DNA from: Synechococcus sp. | GTDB taxonomy: Bacteria; Cyanobacteriota; Cyanobacteriia; PCC-6307; Cyanobiaceae | Reading direction: 5' to 3' | Assembly (NCBI GenBank): GCA_047284725.1 | Contig: JBJBEO010000001.1 | Span: 2,168,203-2,232,202, forward strand | Length of the DNA stretch: 64,000 nucleotides | Shown here: piece after piece, positions 29,763-39,610 of the stretch | Numbering within the stretch: position 1 is the first letter of the stretch | How the letters are laid out: each line of letters begins with the position of its first letter | Position numbers and translations under genes: made by a program | Notes under the pieces: generated by a model | Databases searched by the model: none | Told to the model about the DNA's origin: nothing | Seen by the model: only the letters and a program-made list of their open reading frames with translations

Positions 29763-30398
29763 ATGACCACGGTGCCTCCCGCCACCCTCCGTCTCCAGCC
29801 CCACCCCAATGCCCAGGCGCGGCTGGTGCTGCTCCATGGCTGGGGTGCCGACGCTGATGATTTGCTGATGCTTGGTGACAGGCTGGCGCGAGACATACGC
29901 ACCCCGCTGGACCTGGTCTCCCTCCAGGCCCCTGAACGTCATCCCCAGGGCATCGGTCGCCAGTGGTATGGCCTGTTCCCGCCCGACTGGCAGGCTGTTC
30001 CCGCTGCTCAGCAGCAGCTGAAAAGCCGGCTGATGAAGTTAGCCGAAGACGGCATTCCTCTCCAATCAACCGTGGTGCTTGGCTTTTCCCAAGGAGCAGC
30101 CATGGCTCTGGCCAGCGGTTGCGACCTTCCCCTCGCCGGCTTGATTGCCTGCAGTGGTTACCCCCATCCGGGCTGGACAGCACCGGCAACAAGACCACCG
30201 GTGCTGTTGATCCACGGCCAGCAAGACGACGTGGTGCCCAGCAGCGCATCCGATGAACTGCGCCGACGTCTTGAGGATGGCAAGAACCCCGTCCATCTGG
30301 ACCAGTTTGCCGGTGGCCACACCATCCCGGACGTCATCGTTCCAAGCATCAAAAAAGCTCTCTATCTCTGGCTGGGTTCAACCAGAGACGAAAGCTGA
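29763..30398 (+). CDS. Phospholipase/carboxylesterase (alpha/beta hydrolase)
   Basis: LLHGWG, GFSQG nucleophile elbow, HGQQDDVVP, GGHTI. Confidence 0.9.
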   Translation: MTTVPPATLRLQPHPNAQARLVLLHGWGADADDLLMLGDRLARDIRTPLDLVSLQAPERHPQGIGRQWYGLFPPDWQAVPAAQQQLKSRLMKLAEDGIPLQSTVVLGFSQGAAMALASGCDLPLAGLIACSGYPHPGWTAPATRPPVLLIHGQQDDVVPSSASDELRRRLEDGKNPVHLDQFAGGHTIPDVIVPSIKKALYLWLGSTRDES

Positions 30399-30429
30399 AT
30401 GAAGACGAGTGCCCTCGATCGTTGTGCGA

Positions 30430-30798
30430 TCAAACAAAGGCGTATTCGTACTCCTCCATTTCTTCCCAGTCGTCGGAGGCGAGCTCGAGGCCTTCGAACA
30501 TCACCTCTTCGCCGACCTTGTCGACAATGGCGCGGAGGGAGGGAAAAAGGAAATGGTTTTCTTCAGCGTATTGGGCACTGAACAGACCCTTTTCACCCCA
30601 GAAGAAATGATCAGTGGTGTGCTCGTTGCGACGTACGCGCAAAAGAGCAGGTGGGGTGATGCATCCCTCAGCGATGTAACGTCGAGCGGCAGTGACGGGC
30701 TTGTGCTCTCCGGTTTCCAGGTGAAACGTCTGGACGTGGGCGAGAACGCGCTGGCCGGCAAGCCGACGGCGGCTGATCCGCTTACGCTTTTTAGACAT
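30430..30798 (-). CDS. DUF3155-family conserved cyanobacterial protein
   Basis: MSKKRKRISRRRLAGQRVL, KPVTAARRYI, RRNEHTTD.FFWGEKGLFSAQYAEENHFLFPSL. Confidence 0.8.
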   Translation of the reverse strand: MSKKRKRISRRRLAGQRVLAHVQTFHLETGEHKPVTAARRYIAEGCITPPALLRVRRNEHTTDHFFWGEKGLFSAQYAEENHFLFPSLRAIVDKVGEEVMFEGLELASDDWEEMEEYEYAFV

Positions 30799-31061
30799 AA
30801 AAAAGTTGCCTTTCAAGTGAAGGGCAAATAGAAGGGCAGGTTGGACATCACTGTCCGGACTTCAGCACGACCAAAGTGTTCAGGAACGCCTGAATCGTTT
30901 GGAAAGCGAACCATCGACAGCTCGACAGAAGCCGAACTCTTCAACAGCGATTGCGATCAACCTCTGCTGTAGCCTTGATGGAGCAAAAAGTGCAACCCAA
31001 GGGAATTGACGATGTCGCCAAATCACCGCTTAGGGGCGAGTGGCTTGATGTCGTTCATCAC

Positions 31062-31089
31062 ATCTTAAGACTTTTTCCCAATTTTTCAA
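31062..31089 (-). promoter_or_regulatory. Candidate sigma70-type promoter for the DUF3155 gene
   Basis: Minus strand TTGAAA (31089-84), 16 nt, TAAGAT (31067-62) in an AT-rich patch. Confidence 0.45.
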
Positions 31090-31146
31090 GCCCCGGGGAT
31101 CGCGTCACCTCTCCTCGTCTGTATCAAAAGGCACTCCTCTCAGGCC

Positions 31147-32295
31147 ATGCAGCTGTCGGATCCCTTCCTGCAACTGGCGCAACAACAGCTTCACAGCCTT
31201 GGCGGAACAGGTGTTCTGCAACACCTGGTGCTCTACATCGCCCAAGGGGATCAGGGGGCGTCCACCAGCCTGGTGATGGTGGAGCAATGGCCGGAGGCCT
31301 TCGCCCCTCTGCCCCCTGCCGAAGCCGATCCATCGCTACGTACCCCCGTCTCTGAACGGCGCTGGTACCCCCTGCAACATGACACGTTGCTGTTGGGTGC
31401 CCTGCGCGCGGAAACCCACAGCGATGCGGACTGGAGCGACGATCTGGATCAACGTCTCCATGTCACTGCAGGGGCGTTGGCGACCTGCCTCAGCCTTGAC
31501 CTTGAACGCAGCCGCCTGCACGAGCAGCTTGTCCAACAACAACAGCAGATCAACCTGATGGTGCATCAGCTGCGCAACCCTCTGGCGGCTCTGCGCACCT
31601 ATGCCCAGCTGCTGCTGCGACGGCTCGGCCCCGACAGCAACCACCGTGAGCTGGTGGAAAACCTGCTGCAAGAACAAGGACAACTCAATCGCTATATCGC
31701 AGCTCTCGACAGAATCGGGCACGCCGAGGCCCAGCTCGGCAGCCGTGGAGCCTCTCCATTGCTGCTGCCCCCCGTCCTCCCCGACCAACCCCAGCTGAGC
31801 TTCGCCAAGCTGCTGAAACCACTGGTGGAGCGAGCCAACGCAACCGCTGCTCTGCAGGGACGAACCTGGCATGGACCCACCACCTGGCCCACGTGGATGC
31901 AGGAACCACGCCCTGCCGGCGATGGCGTCATCGCTGAAATCCTTGCCAACCTGATGGAGAACGCGTTTCGCTACAGCCCCTCAGGTTCACCTCTCGGCCT
32001 GCACCTGCTCAACGATGGACTGTGTCTCTGGGATGGGGGCACAGCGATCCCCAATGAAGAGCGTGAACGCATCTTTGAACGAGGGGTCAGGGGCAGCAGC
32101 AGCCGAGAACGCAGCGGCAGTGGCCTGGGCCTCGCTCTCGCCCGGCAGCTGGCAGAAGAACGCGGGGGGAGCCTTGACCTGGCCGCAAGCCCAGCAGCCG
32201 TGAGCCCTGATCTACCGGGAGAAGGCAATGCCTTCATCCTCAGACTGCCACCGAAGCCAGTGGAGGCAGCAGCGCCGCAAGCAACACAAGAATGA
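31147..32295 (+). CDS. Sensor histidine kinase, Hik2/chloroplast-sensor-kinase-like (GAF-like, HisKA, HATPase)
   Basis: HQLRNPLAALRTYAQLLLRRL H-box, NLMENAFRY, WDGG, IFERG, GSGLGL. Confidence 0.85.
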   Translation: MQLSDPFLQLAQQQLHSLGGTGVLQHLVLYIAQGDQGASTSLVMVEQWPEAFAPLPPAEADPSLRTPVSERRWYPLQHDTLLLGALRAETHSDADWSDDLDQRLHVTAGALATCLSLDLERSRLHEQLVQQQQQINLMVHQLRNPLAALRTYAQLLLRRLGPDSNHRELVENLLQEQGQLNRYIAALDRIGHAEAQLGSRGASPLLLPPVLPDQPQLSFAKLLKPLVERANATAALQGRTWHGPTTWPTWMQEPRPAGDGVIAEILANLMENAFRYSPSGSPLGLHLLNDGLCLWDGGTAIPNEERERIFERGVRGSSSRERSGSGLGLALARQLAEERGGSLDLAASPAAVSPDLPGEGNAFILRLPPKPVEAAAPQATQE

Positions 32296-33031
32296 GCGCC
32301 TCGCTCCACACCACCACGGCGCCATAGCTGTCACCCGTATGGCCCCCAAGTCGACGACCGAAGTATTCAGCCGTTCCAGCGCTGATGATCAATCCGGTGG
32401 TGGTGATGACAACCCAGGGCAACAGGCGCTGGCAGACAACGGCAACCACGAGCGCAGCAAGCACAAGCAACAGTGCTGGGAACCACTCCCGCAGCCCTTT
32501 GGCACCAGAACGATGAAACGCCGCTGTGCCATCCACTTTGAGGTAGGGAAAGCGGAGCAAAGCCCACAAGGGTGCGCACCGACCCCAGAACGCTGCCGAA
32601 ACCAATGCAATAGGAACAAGGGCCACATCCTGCGCAGCCAGACACCAGAGAGCTGCAAATTGCAGCATTAAGACCGTGGCAAGGGCCTGAACACCACTGG
32701 CGCCCACCCGACTGTCTTCCATCGCCTCCAAGCAACGCGCCGGACCAGCCGCCAGGCCATCTGCAGTGTCCATCACACCATCAATGTGCAGACCTCCGGT
32801 GATCCACACGCCAACAGTGAGCAGCAGCAAAACAACCGCAGAGGGAGGCCAGCCAAGCGGCAGCAACACCAGCCACAGACACACCTGCACCATCGCGATG
32901 GCGACCCCAATCCAAGGAGCAAAACGAGCGATTCTCTGGAAACGCGGCCGTAGTCCGGGCCAGGCAGGCAACACGGAATAGAACACCCAGGCGCCCGCGA
33001 GATCGCGAAGCCAAGCAGTAACGACGGCCAT
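32240..33031 (-). CDS. cobS: Adenosylcobinamide-GDP ribazoletransferase (cobalamin synthase)
   Basis: [36 protein letters not shown]. Confidence 0.93.
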   Translation of the reverse strand: MAVVTAWLRDLAGAWVFYSVLPAWPGLRPRFQRIARFAPWIGVAIAMVQVCLWLVLLPLGWPPSAVVLLLLTVGVWITGGLHIDGVMDTADGLAAGPARCLEAMEDSRVGASGVQALATVLMLQFAALWCLAAQDVALVPIALVSAAFWGRCAPLWALLRFPYLKVDGTAAFHRSGAKGLREWFPALLLVLAALVVAVVCQRLLPWVVITTTGLIISAGTAEYFGRRLGGHTGDSYGAVVVWSEALILVLLAALLPPLASVAV

Positions 33032-33101
33032 CACAGAGGCAGCAGACTCCAAGGCACGTGTCCTGTTCACCGTAGGGTCAAGGATGGCCCTGGTTTCGAC
33101 C

Positions 33102-34220
33102 GTGTTCCGTTTTCAGATCGACTCCCAGTGCCGCAACACCAAGGCACGCTGCGGCTGTTTTCACACCCCCCATGGCCCGGTCAACACGCCGCGGTTCATG
33201 CCGGTGGGCACCCTCGGCACCGTGAAAGGGGTGAGCACCGGGCAACTGGCGGACACGGGAGCACAGATGGTGCTCTCCAACACCTATCACCTGCATCTGC
33301 AACCTGGTGAACAGGTGGTGGCCGATGCCGGTGGACTACACCGCTTTATGGGGTGGAACGGCCCGATGCTCACTGACTCCGGTGGGTTTCAGGTGTTCAG
33401 TCTTGCGGATCTCAACCGCATCGATGACCACGGGGTGGATTTCCGCAATCCCCGCGATGGCAGTCGCATCCTGCTGACACCGGAACGGTCGATGGAGATC
33501 CAGATGGCCCTTGGTGCCGATGTGGCCATGGCCTTCGACCAGTGCCCTCCCTACCCAGCCACTGAAAACGACGTTGAAGAGGCCTGCAGACGAACCCATG
33601 CCTGGCTGGGGCGCTGCGCAACAGCCCATCGCAAAGCCGACCAGGCCTTGTTCGGCATTGTGCAGGGAGGCTGTTATCCCCATCTGCGTGAGCACAGCGC
33701 ACGGACCATCGCTGCATTCGATCTACCCGGCATCGCCATCGGCGGCGTGAGCGTGGGGGAGCCTGTGGAGGAGATGCACCGGATCGTGCGACAGGTGACC
33801 CCACTGCTGCCCAGTGACAGGCCTCGTTACCTGATGGGCATCGGCACCTTGCGGGAGATGGCTGTTGCTGTCGCCAACGGCATCGATCTCTTCGACTGTG
33901 TGCTGCCGACACGGCTCGGGCGGCATGGAACCGCCTTGGTGGATGGTGAACGCTGGAATCTGCGCAATGCGCGCTTCCGCCACGACCACACCCCGCTCGA
34001 CTCCAGCTGCCACTGCGTGGCCTGCAAAGGCCATACCCGCGCCTATCTCCACCACCTCATCCGCAGCGAAGAGCTTCTGGGCCTCACCCTGCTCAGCCTG
34101 CACAACCTCACCCACCTGATCCGGTTCACAACAGCCATGGGCAAGGCAATCCAAGACGGCTGTTTTTCAGAGGATTTCGCTCCCTGGGATCCGCAGTCGC
34201 CGGCGCATCACACGTGGTAG
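33102..34220 (+). CDS. tgt: tRNA-guanine transglycosylase
   Basis: [46 protein letters not shown] zinc site; alternative ATG at 33084. Confidence 0.97.
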   Translation: MFRFQIDSQCRNTKARCGCFHTPHGPVNTPRFMPVGTLGTVKGVSTGQLADTGAQMVLSNTYHLHLQPGEQVVADAGGLHRFMGWNGPMLTDSGGFQVFSLADLNRIDDHGVDFRNPRDGSRILLTPERSMEIQMALGADVAMAFDQCPPYPATENDVEEACRRTHAWLGRCATAHRKADQALFGIVQGGCYPHLREHSARTIAAFDLPGIAIGGVSVGEPVEEMHRIVRQVTPLLPSDRPRYLMGIGTLREMAVAVANGIDLFDCVLPTRLGRHGTALVDGERWNLRNARFRHDHTPLDSSCHCVACKGHTRAYLHHLIRSEELLGLTLLSLHNLTHLIRFTTAMGKAIQDGCFSEDFAPWDPQSPAHHTW

Positions 34221-34252
34221 CGTCCGCACAACGAACCCTCAACATCGCCGGG

Positions 34253-34396
34253 ATGGCCGCCACCACACTCGATCTGCTGGCCCAACTGCCCGAGGCCTAT
34301 CAAGCCTTCGGTCCTCTGGTTGACATCCTGCCGATCATTCCTGTTCTGTTCCTCCTGCTCGCTTTCGTGTGGCAAGCCTCTGTCGGCTTTCGTTGA
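34253..34396 (+). CDS. psbK: Photosystem II reaction centre protein K
   Basis: [38 protein letters not shown]. Confidence 0.97.
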   Translation: MAATTLDLLAQLPEAYQAFGPLVDILPIIPVLFLLLAFVWQASVGFR

Positions 34397-34536
34397 GCCG
34401 CAGTTCCTCTCTCCATTCCGGATTCCTGAACAGCTGTGATCAATCAGCCACAGCATTGGGTCACAGTGTTGTGGTCCAGTTGATCGCTGATCCCAGTTAG
34501 TTCTAGGAGTAATTTTGTTTCCATTGTTTTGATGGT

Positions 34537-35271
34537 TTAGCCCCTGCGCAACACTGCCCAGGCAAACGCTGGCAGGGAAAGCATGCGGCGCCAACGGCTG
34601 GGCTCCTTCACAAGCCGATAGAGCCATTCCACATGGAATCGACTCATGCATTGCGGTGCGCGTTGCTTCACACCAGCCCACACATCAAAGCTGCCACCAA
34701 CACCCATCCAAAGTCCACGTTGCCCCTGACGCACCCTCAGCGCCCAAGTTTCCTGACGAGGAACGCCAAGAGCCAGCAACACCAGATCTGGGGCTTCCGA
34801 CTTGAGCTTCGCTTCCAACGCAGGCCAGGCCTCAGGGGCCTGGTAGCCATGGGCTGAAAGCACTAAGCGAAGGTCAGGCATCTCGGTGGCCAGCCGTTGT
34901 TGCAGCCGTTCCATCACCTCGGGAGCAGCACCAATCAGCGCCACGGTCCAGCCATGGTGTTCCGCGTAGCGCAGCAGGCCATGGGCCAGCTCGATGCCGG
35001 GGCTTCGGCGCACACGCACTCCCTGACGCGACAACGCCCAGACCACACCGGCGCCATCGGGGATCACCAGCTCAGCGGCAGCGATCGCCTCACCGAGTGA
35101 GGCTTCAGCCCTGGCCGTCATCGTCATCTCGGCATTGAGCGTGACGATCTGCCCACCACCGCGCGCATGGAGGCCAATGGCTGCTGCCATCACGTCACGG
35201 CAGGCATCCACCCCAACCCCAAGCACATGACAACGCTGTTGATCACACGGATCGGTCATAACCGCGTCCAT
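34537..35271 (-). CDS. WecB/TagA/CpsF-family glycosyltransferase
   Basis: IVTLNAE, IPDGAGVVWA, PGIEL, ALGVPRQE, GVGGSFDVWAG, EWLYRL..EPSRWRR. Confidence 0.92.
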   Translation of the reverse strand: MDAVMTDPCDQQRCHVLGVGVDACRDVMAAAIGLHARGGGQIVTLNAEMTMTARAEASLGEAIAAAELVIPDGAGVVWALSRQGVRVRRSPGIELAHGLLRYAEHHGWTVALIGAAPEVMERLQQRLATEMPDLRLVLSAHGYQAPEAWPALEAKLKSEAPDLVLLALGVPRQETWALRVRQGQRGLWMGVGGSFDVWAGVKQRAPQCMSRFHVEWLYRLVKEPSRWRRMLSLPAFAWAVLRRG

Positions 35272-35320
35272 CCGCGTTCAGGCAACAGGGGAGAATTTAG
35301 ATCCGGTCGGCCTGGAGGTC

Positions 35321-38300
35321 ATGGTTCTGTCGCAGCCCATCGCCGCCGATCTCGATCAGCGACACGAACGCGAAGCCTTGCTGCAACGCCTCGATGCATC
35401 GATCGAGCGCGTGGTTCTGAGCCGGCAGCATCCCATTACCGGCCTCTTACCAGCGAGCACAGCGCACACGGTGCATGGCAACTACGGCGATGCCTGGGTG
35501 CGGGACTGCGTCTATTCCATCCAGTGCGTGTGGGGTCTGGCCATGGCCCATCGCCGTCTGGAGGGACACACCACGGCAAGGGCATGGGAGCTCGAGCAAC
35601 GGGTCCTGGCGCTGATGCGGGGGCTGCTCAACGCCATGATGCGCCAGGCCCACAAAGTGGAGCGATTCAAGACCACCCTTCACCCCCTTGATGCCCTCCA
35701 CGCCAAATACGACACGGGCACCGGGAACACAGTGGTGCCTGACAACGGCTGGGGGCATCTACAACTTGATGCCACCTCCCTGTTTCTTCTCCAGCTCGCG
35801 CAGCTCACCCGAGGTGGCATCACGGTGGTACGCAGTCGCCATGAAGCGGACTTCGTTCAGAACCTCGTCTATTACATCGCCAGGGCCTATCGCATCCCCG
35901 ATTACGGCATCTGGGAACGCGGCGACAAAGGAAACCACGGCCTGCCCGAAAGGAATGCCAGCTCCATCGGCATGGCCAAGGCTGCACTGGAGGCACTCGA
36001 CGGCCTCGACCTCTTCGGCAGCCATGGTGATGGCAGTCTCCTGGTGCAGATCCCCCAGGGATCATTGGTTCGCCTCCGCCGGGCCCTGCAGGGACTGCTG
36101 CCGCGGGAATCTGCGAGCAAGGAAGCCGACAGCGCTTGTCTTTCAGTGGTGGGGTACCCCGCCTGGGCCATCGAAGACCCCCAGCTGGTAGAGCGCACCT
36201 GCGAGCGAATCCGCCGCGATCTTGGCGGCCGCTACGGCTACAAGCGCTTTCTCCGCGATGGTCACCAGACCGTGGTGGAAGACGTCAGCCGGCTGCATTA
36301 CGAACGGGACGAGCTGGCCAGCTTTGAAAGAATCGAATCGGAATGGCCCCTCTTTCTTGCCTACGAACTGGTCACAGCCTGTTGCGAAGAACGGTGGGAG
36401 GAGGCCCGCCAATGGCAAGAGCGGCTTCAATCCCTGGCCGTGACTGACCACGGTGAGCGTCTGTACCCAGAGCTCTACGTGGTGCCAGAAGCAGCTCTTG
36501 AGGCGGAACGCACCCTGCCCGGCAGCCAGAAACGCGAAGCCAACGACAACATTCCTCTGCTCTGGACCCAGAGCCTGGCCTGGCTGGGCGAGATGCTTCT
36601 GGCGGGCCTCCTCCTACCTGAAGATCTCGATCCCTGCAGCCGTCGCCTTCCTGCAGGGCTGGGCGCTGATCAAGTGCTGGTCGCCATCGTGCCCAGCAAT
36701 CCATCCCACGCCCAGGTCCTCAGAGAGCGCGGTGTGCCCGTCACGGAAGCAGCAACCGGACCCGTGAAGGTGCATCCATCCCACGCCCTCAAACAACGGC
36801 TGCGGCCCATCGGAGCCAATGCCGGGCTCGGCCTCAGCGGCCATCCCCCGGTGCGAACGGAATCAGCAGTGACGGCACGCTTCTACCGCCAAGGGGAGAT
36901 GCAGCTGGCCTTCCCTCCATCGGTGCTGGAAGACGACACGTTTTATCTGACCGATGACCCCAGCCAACTGGTGGAAACGGTGCTCAACGAACTGCACCTG
37001 CTTCAACGACACTGGCGCGGGGCCGGTGCCCCCCTGCTGCTGATCCCCATTCCCGAAACCGTGTTTGCTCGTGCACCGGAGACAGTGCTGGCCCTTGCGG
37101 AGCAACTGTGCAGCGGCGTCATTGATGACGTCGCCGTGCAGTGCGGCCGCCTGGAAGACCTGGCGATCCAAGGGCAGTGGGTGGACCTGCCGGCAGCGTC
37201 GATGGACAGCATGGCCACGAACGGTGAGGAAGACACCAGCACCAACCTTGCCAACCTGCTGCAAGAGTCCACCGACCTTGGTGATCTCACTGCCGCCCAG
37301 GAGCAGGAGCTGGATGACATCTCTCCAGAGGAGCTGTGCGAACGCCTCTGGAGCAGTGCCTCGCTGCGGGAACAGGCCGAAGTGCTGGAACTGCTGCAAC
37401 GGCGTCTGGGCAGTTCGGCGCTGCTCACCGGCCCCGACAACACTGAAGTGGAGTTACGCACGCTGGTGGGGGAGATCTACCGACGTGGTCTGCAGCAGCA
37501 GGACTGGAACGTGGTGCGGCGGTGCGCAGGCGTCCTCGCGATGGTGCACCCGCAACTGGAAGATGCTCTGATCGACTTGCTTGCCCGCCAGAAAAGCGTG
37601 GTGGTGGGGCGCAACTACAGCGCCGACTCGATCCTGAACCGTCCGTTGGGAAGCGGAACCATTGCAGCACTGATGCGCCGCACCTGCGGTGTCGATGCCC
37701 GCGAAAGCAGCCTGCAACAGGAACTGCTCCTTGCCCTTGATGGCCTCGCCAGGCGTCAACCAAAGTTGCTGCGCGGCACCCTCACCCTGCAGCTGGGACA
37801 GTTGCTGCTGCTGCTCACGTCCGAGCTCGCGACTGAACGCTGCTGCAGCCAAGACGAAGGCTTTGAGGCTCTCTGCAGCGAACCTCCCCATGCCATCGGC
37901 CTACGGCTACGGGGGGTACTCGCCGACCTGGAGCATGCTCGCGCCTCCCTGCAACGCAATGAACAGCTGCATCTGCGAGGCACGGTGCAATGGGCCATCC
38001 CAGAACCTCTGGAGCAGCAACCCAGTGGTGGCGACTGGCTGCAGCACCGGATCAGGCTGGGATCACTGCAACGGGTCCCGAAAGACTTTCACGCGGGCAT
38101 CTGGTCACTGCTCCACCATTGCCGCGGCCTGGTGATTGGGGACAAACTCGAACGGCGTAATCGACTCACCAGCGCATTACTGCTGGAGAAGACCTCTGGC
38201 GAGCGCAATTTCGCCATTCAGGTGGAACACCTGCTTGGACGCATCGAGGCCCCGGAGTACCGCCAACTCTGCAGCGAGTGCCTGCTTTCGCTGATGGCTT

Positions 38301-38533
38301 TCACCGCCGCCAACCCGGAGGTGCACTTCGATGACGACCTCGCCCTGGATGTGGTGATCGGCCACGCTGTGCGAGTGGGTTGGCGCCTGACCCACCCCGA
38401 CCAGGACGCGAGCGATTACCCCGAACACAAAGCCAAGGCCTGGGATCAGTTCTATCGGTCATCCCCGGGGCAATGCCGCCGCTGGCAGATTGCAGCCTTA
38501 CGGGAACTGGCAAAGCAGGAAGGGCTGGTGTGA
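35321..38533 (+). CDS. Glycoside hydrolase family 15 / phosphorylase kinase alpha-beta-like protein
   Basis: QHPITGLLPAS, DAWVRD, LHAKY, WGHLQLDATSLFLL, DYGIWERGDK, LLPRESASKE, GYKRFLRDG, ESEWPLF, PEYRQL. Confidence 0.85.
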   Translation: MVLSQPIAADLDQRHEREALLQRLDASIERVVLSRQHPITGLLPASTAHTVHGNYGDAWVRDCVYSIQCVWGLAMAHRRLEGHTTARAWELEQRVLALMRGLLNAMMRQAHKVERFKTTLHPLDALHAKYDTGTGNTVVPDNGWGHLQLDATSLFLLQLAQLTRGGITVVRSRHEADFVQNLVYYIARAYRIPDYGIWERGDKGNHGLPERNASSIGMAKAALEALDGLDLFGSHGDGSLLVQIPQGSLVRLRRALQGLLPRESASKEADSACLSVVGYPAWAIEDPQLVERTCERIRRDLGGRYGYKRFLRDGHQTVVEDVSRLHYERDELASFERIESEWPLFLAYELVTACCEERWEEARQWQERLQSLAVTDHGERLYPELYVVPEAALEAERTLPGSQKREANDNIPLLWTQSLAWLGEMLLAGLLLPEDLDPCSRRLPAGLGADQVLVAIVPSNPSHAQVLRERGVPVTEAATGPVKVHPSHALKQRLRPIGANAGLGLSGHPPVRTESAVTARFYRQGEMQLAFPPSVLEDDTFYLTDDPSQLVETVLNELHLLQRHWRGAGAPLLLIPIPETVFARAPETVLALAEQLCSGVIDDVAVQCGRLEDLAIQGQWVDLPAASMDSMATNGEEDTSTNLANLLQESTDLGDLTAAQEQELDDISPEELCERLWSSASLREQAEVLELLQRRLGSSALLTGPDNTEVELRTLVGEIYRRGLQQQDWNVVRRCAGVLAMVHPQLEDALIDLLARQKSVVVGRNYSADSILNRPLGSGTIAALMRRTCGVDARESSLQQELLLALDGLARRQPKLLRGTLTLQLGQLLLLLTSELATERCCSQDEGFEALCSEPPHAIGLRLRGVLADLEHARASLQRNEQLHLRGTVQWAIPEPLEQQPSGGDWLQHRIRLGSLQRVPKDFHAGIWSLLHHCRGLVIGDKLERRNRLTSALLLEKTSGERNFAIQVEHLLGRIEAPEYRQLCSECLLSLMAFTAANPEVHFDDDLALDVVIGHAVRVGWRLTHPDQDASDYPEHKAKAWDQFYRSSPGQCRRWQIAALRELAKQEGLV

Positions 38534-38547
38534 TGCAGGACGCTTGA

Positions 38548-39552
38548 TCAGATCGGTTCCGTCAGAGGCAAACAGATTCCTGGATGCTCGACCGCATGTT
38601 CGATCAGATCAGCCAGCTTGAGGGCTCGTGAAGCCTGGAGACCATCCACTGCAGGAATTTCACGGCCTCGAACACACTGCAAGAAATGTTCGAGCTCGGC
38701 ATAGAGCGGCTCGATCGACGTGGTGCTCACCTCCTCAATGAACCCGTCATTGCGATAGAGCAACTCACCGTGGTCAGCGGAGTACCACTCATGGGCCCGG
38801 CGATGAATATGCAGGTTGTGATTGAGGAAGTCCGTCTCGACAAGACTGGAACGGCAATGGGCGCTGAGGCTGCGGATCTTACGGTGGCTCATCTTGCTGG
38901 CCGTGAGACTGGCCACTACCCCATTGGCGAAACCGAGGGTGGCATTGACGTAATCGATCGGCCCATCGGCACTGCAGCCACCGGCGGCAGCGAGGCTGAC
39001 AACCGGCGCCTGGGCAAGTTCGAGTACAAGATCGAGGTCGTGAATCATCAGATCGAGCACCACCGAAACGTCGTTCGCCCGATCGGCATGGGGGCTATGG
39101 CGGCGAGCCTCCAACACCACAACCTCCTCATTGGCCACCACCTTGATGAGCTCACGGAAGGCGGGATTGAAGCGTTCAATGTGGCCAACCTGCAGCAGCC
39201 GACCATTCCGGCTGGCGGCTGCAATCAACGCTGAAGCCTCCTCCTGGCTGGCCGCGATCGGCTTTTCAATCAAGACATGAAGGCCCGCCTCGAGACACGC
39301 CAGACCGACCGCATGGTGCAACAGCGTCGGCACGGCGATACAGACCGCCTCCACCTCAGGGAGCATGTCGCGGTAATCAGCGAACCAACGGCAATCGAAC
39401 TGCTCAGTCGCGAGCTTGCCGCGGTCGGTATCCGGATCCGCCACACCCACGAGCTCTGCGTCTTTCAGAAGGCTCAGCACCCGGGCGTGATGCCACCCCA
39501 TGTTGCCGATGCCGATCACACCCACCTTCACCGGCACCATCGGTTCGGTCAT
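38548..39552 (-). CDS. Gfo/Idh/MocA-family NAD(P)-dependent oxidoreductase
   Basis: GVIGIGNMG, HVLIEKP, GHIERFNP, DLMIHDLD. Confidence 0.9.
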   Translation of the reverse strand: MTEPMVPVKVGVIGIGNMGWHHARVLSLLKDAELVGVADPDTDRGKLATEQFDCRWFADYRDMLPEVEAVCIAVPTLLHHAVGLACLEAGLHVLIEKPIAASQEEASALIAAASRNGRLLQVGHIERFNPAFRELIKVVANEEVVVLEARRHSPHADRANDVSVVLDLMIHDLDLVLELAQAPVVSLAAAGGCSADGPIDYVNATLGFANGVVASLTASKMSHRKIRSLSAHCRSSLVETDFLNHNLHIHRRAHEWYSADHGELLYRNDGFIEEVSTTSIEPLYAELEHFLQCVRGREIPAVDGLQASRALKLADLIEHAVEHPGICLPLTEPI

Positions 39553-39610
39553 CGGAAGGCGTGCGGGATCGGGCCTGATTATCAGTGATCGCCCTCCAGG
39601 TCAGCGTCAA

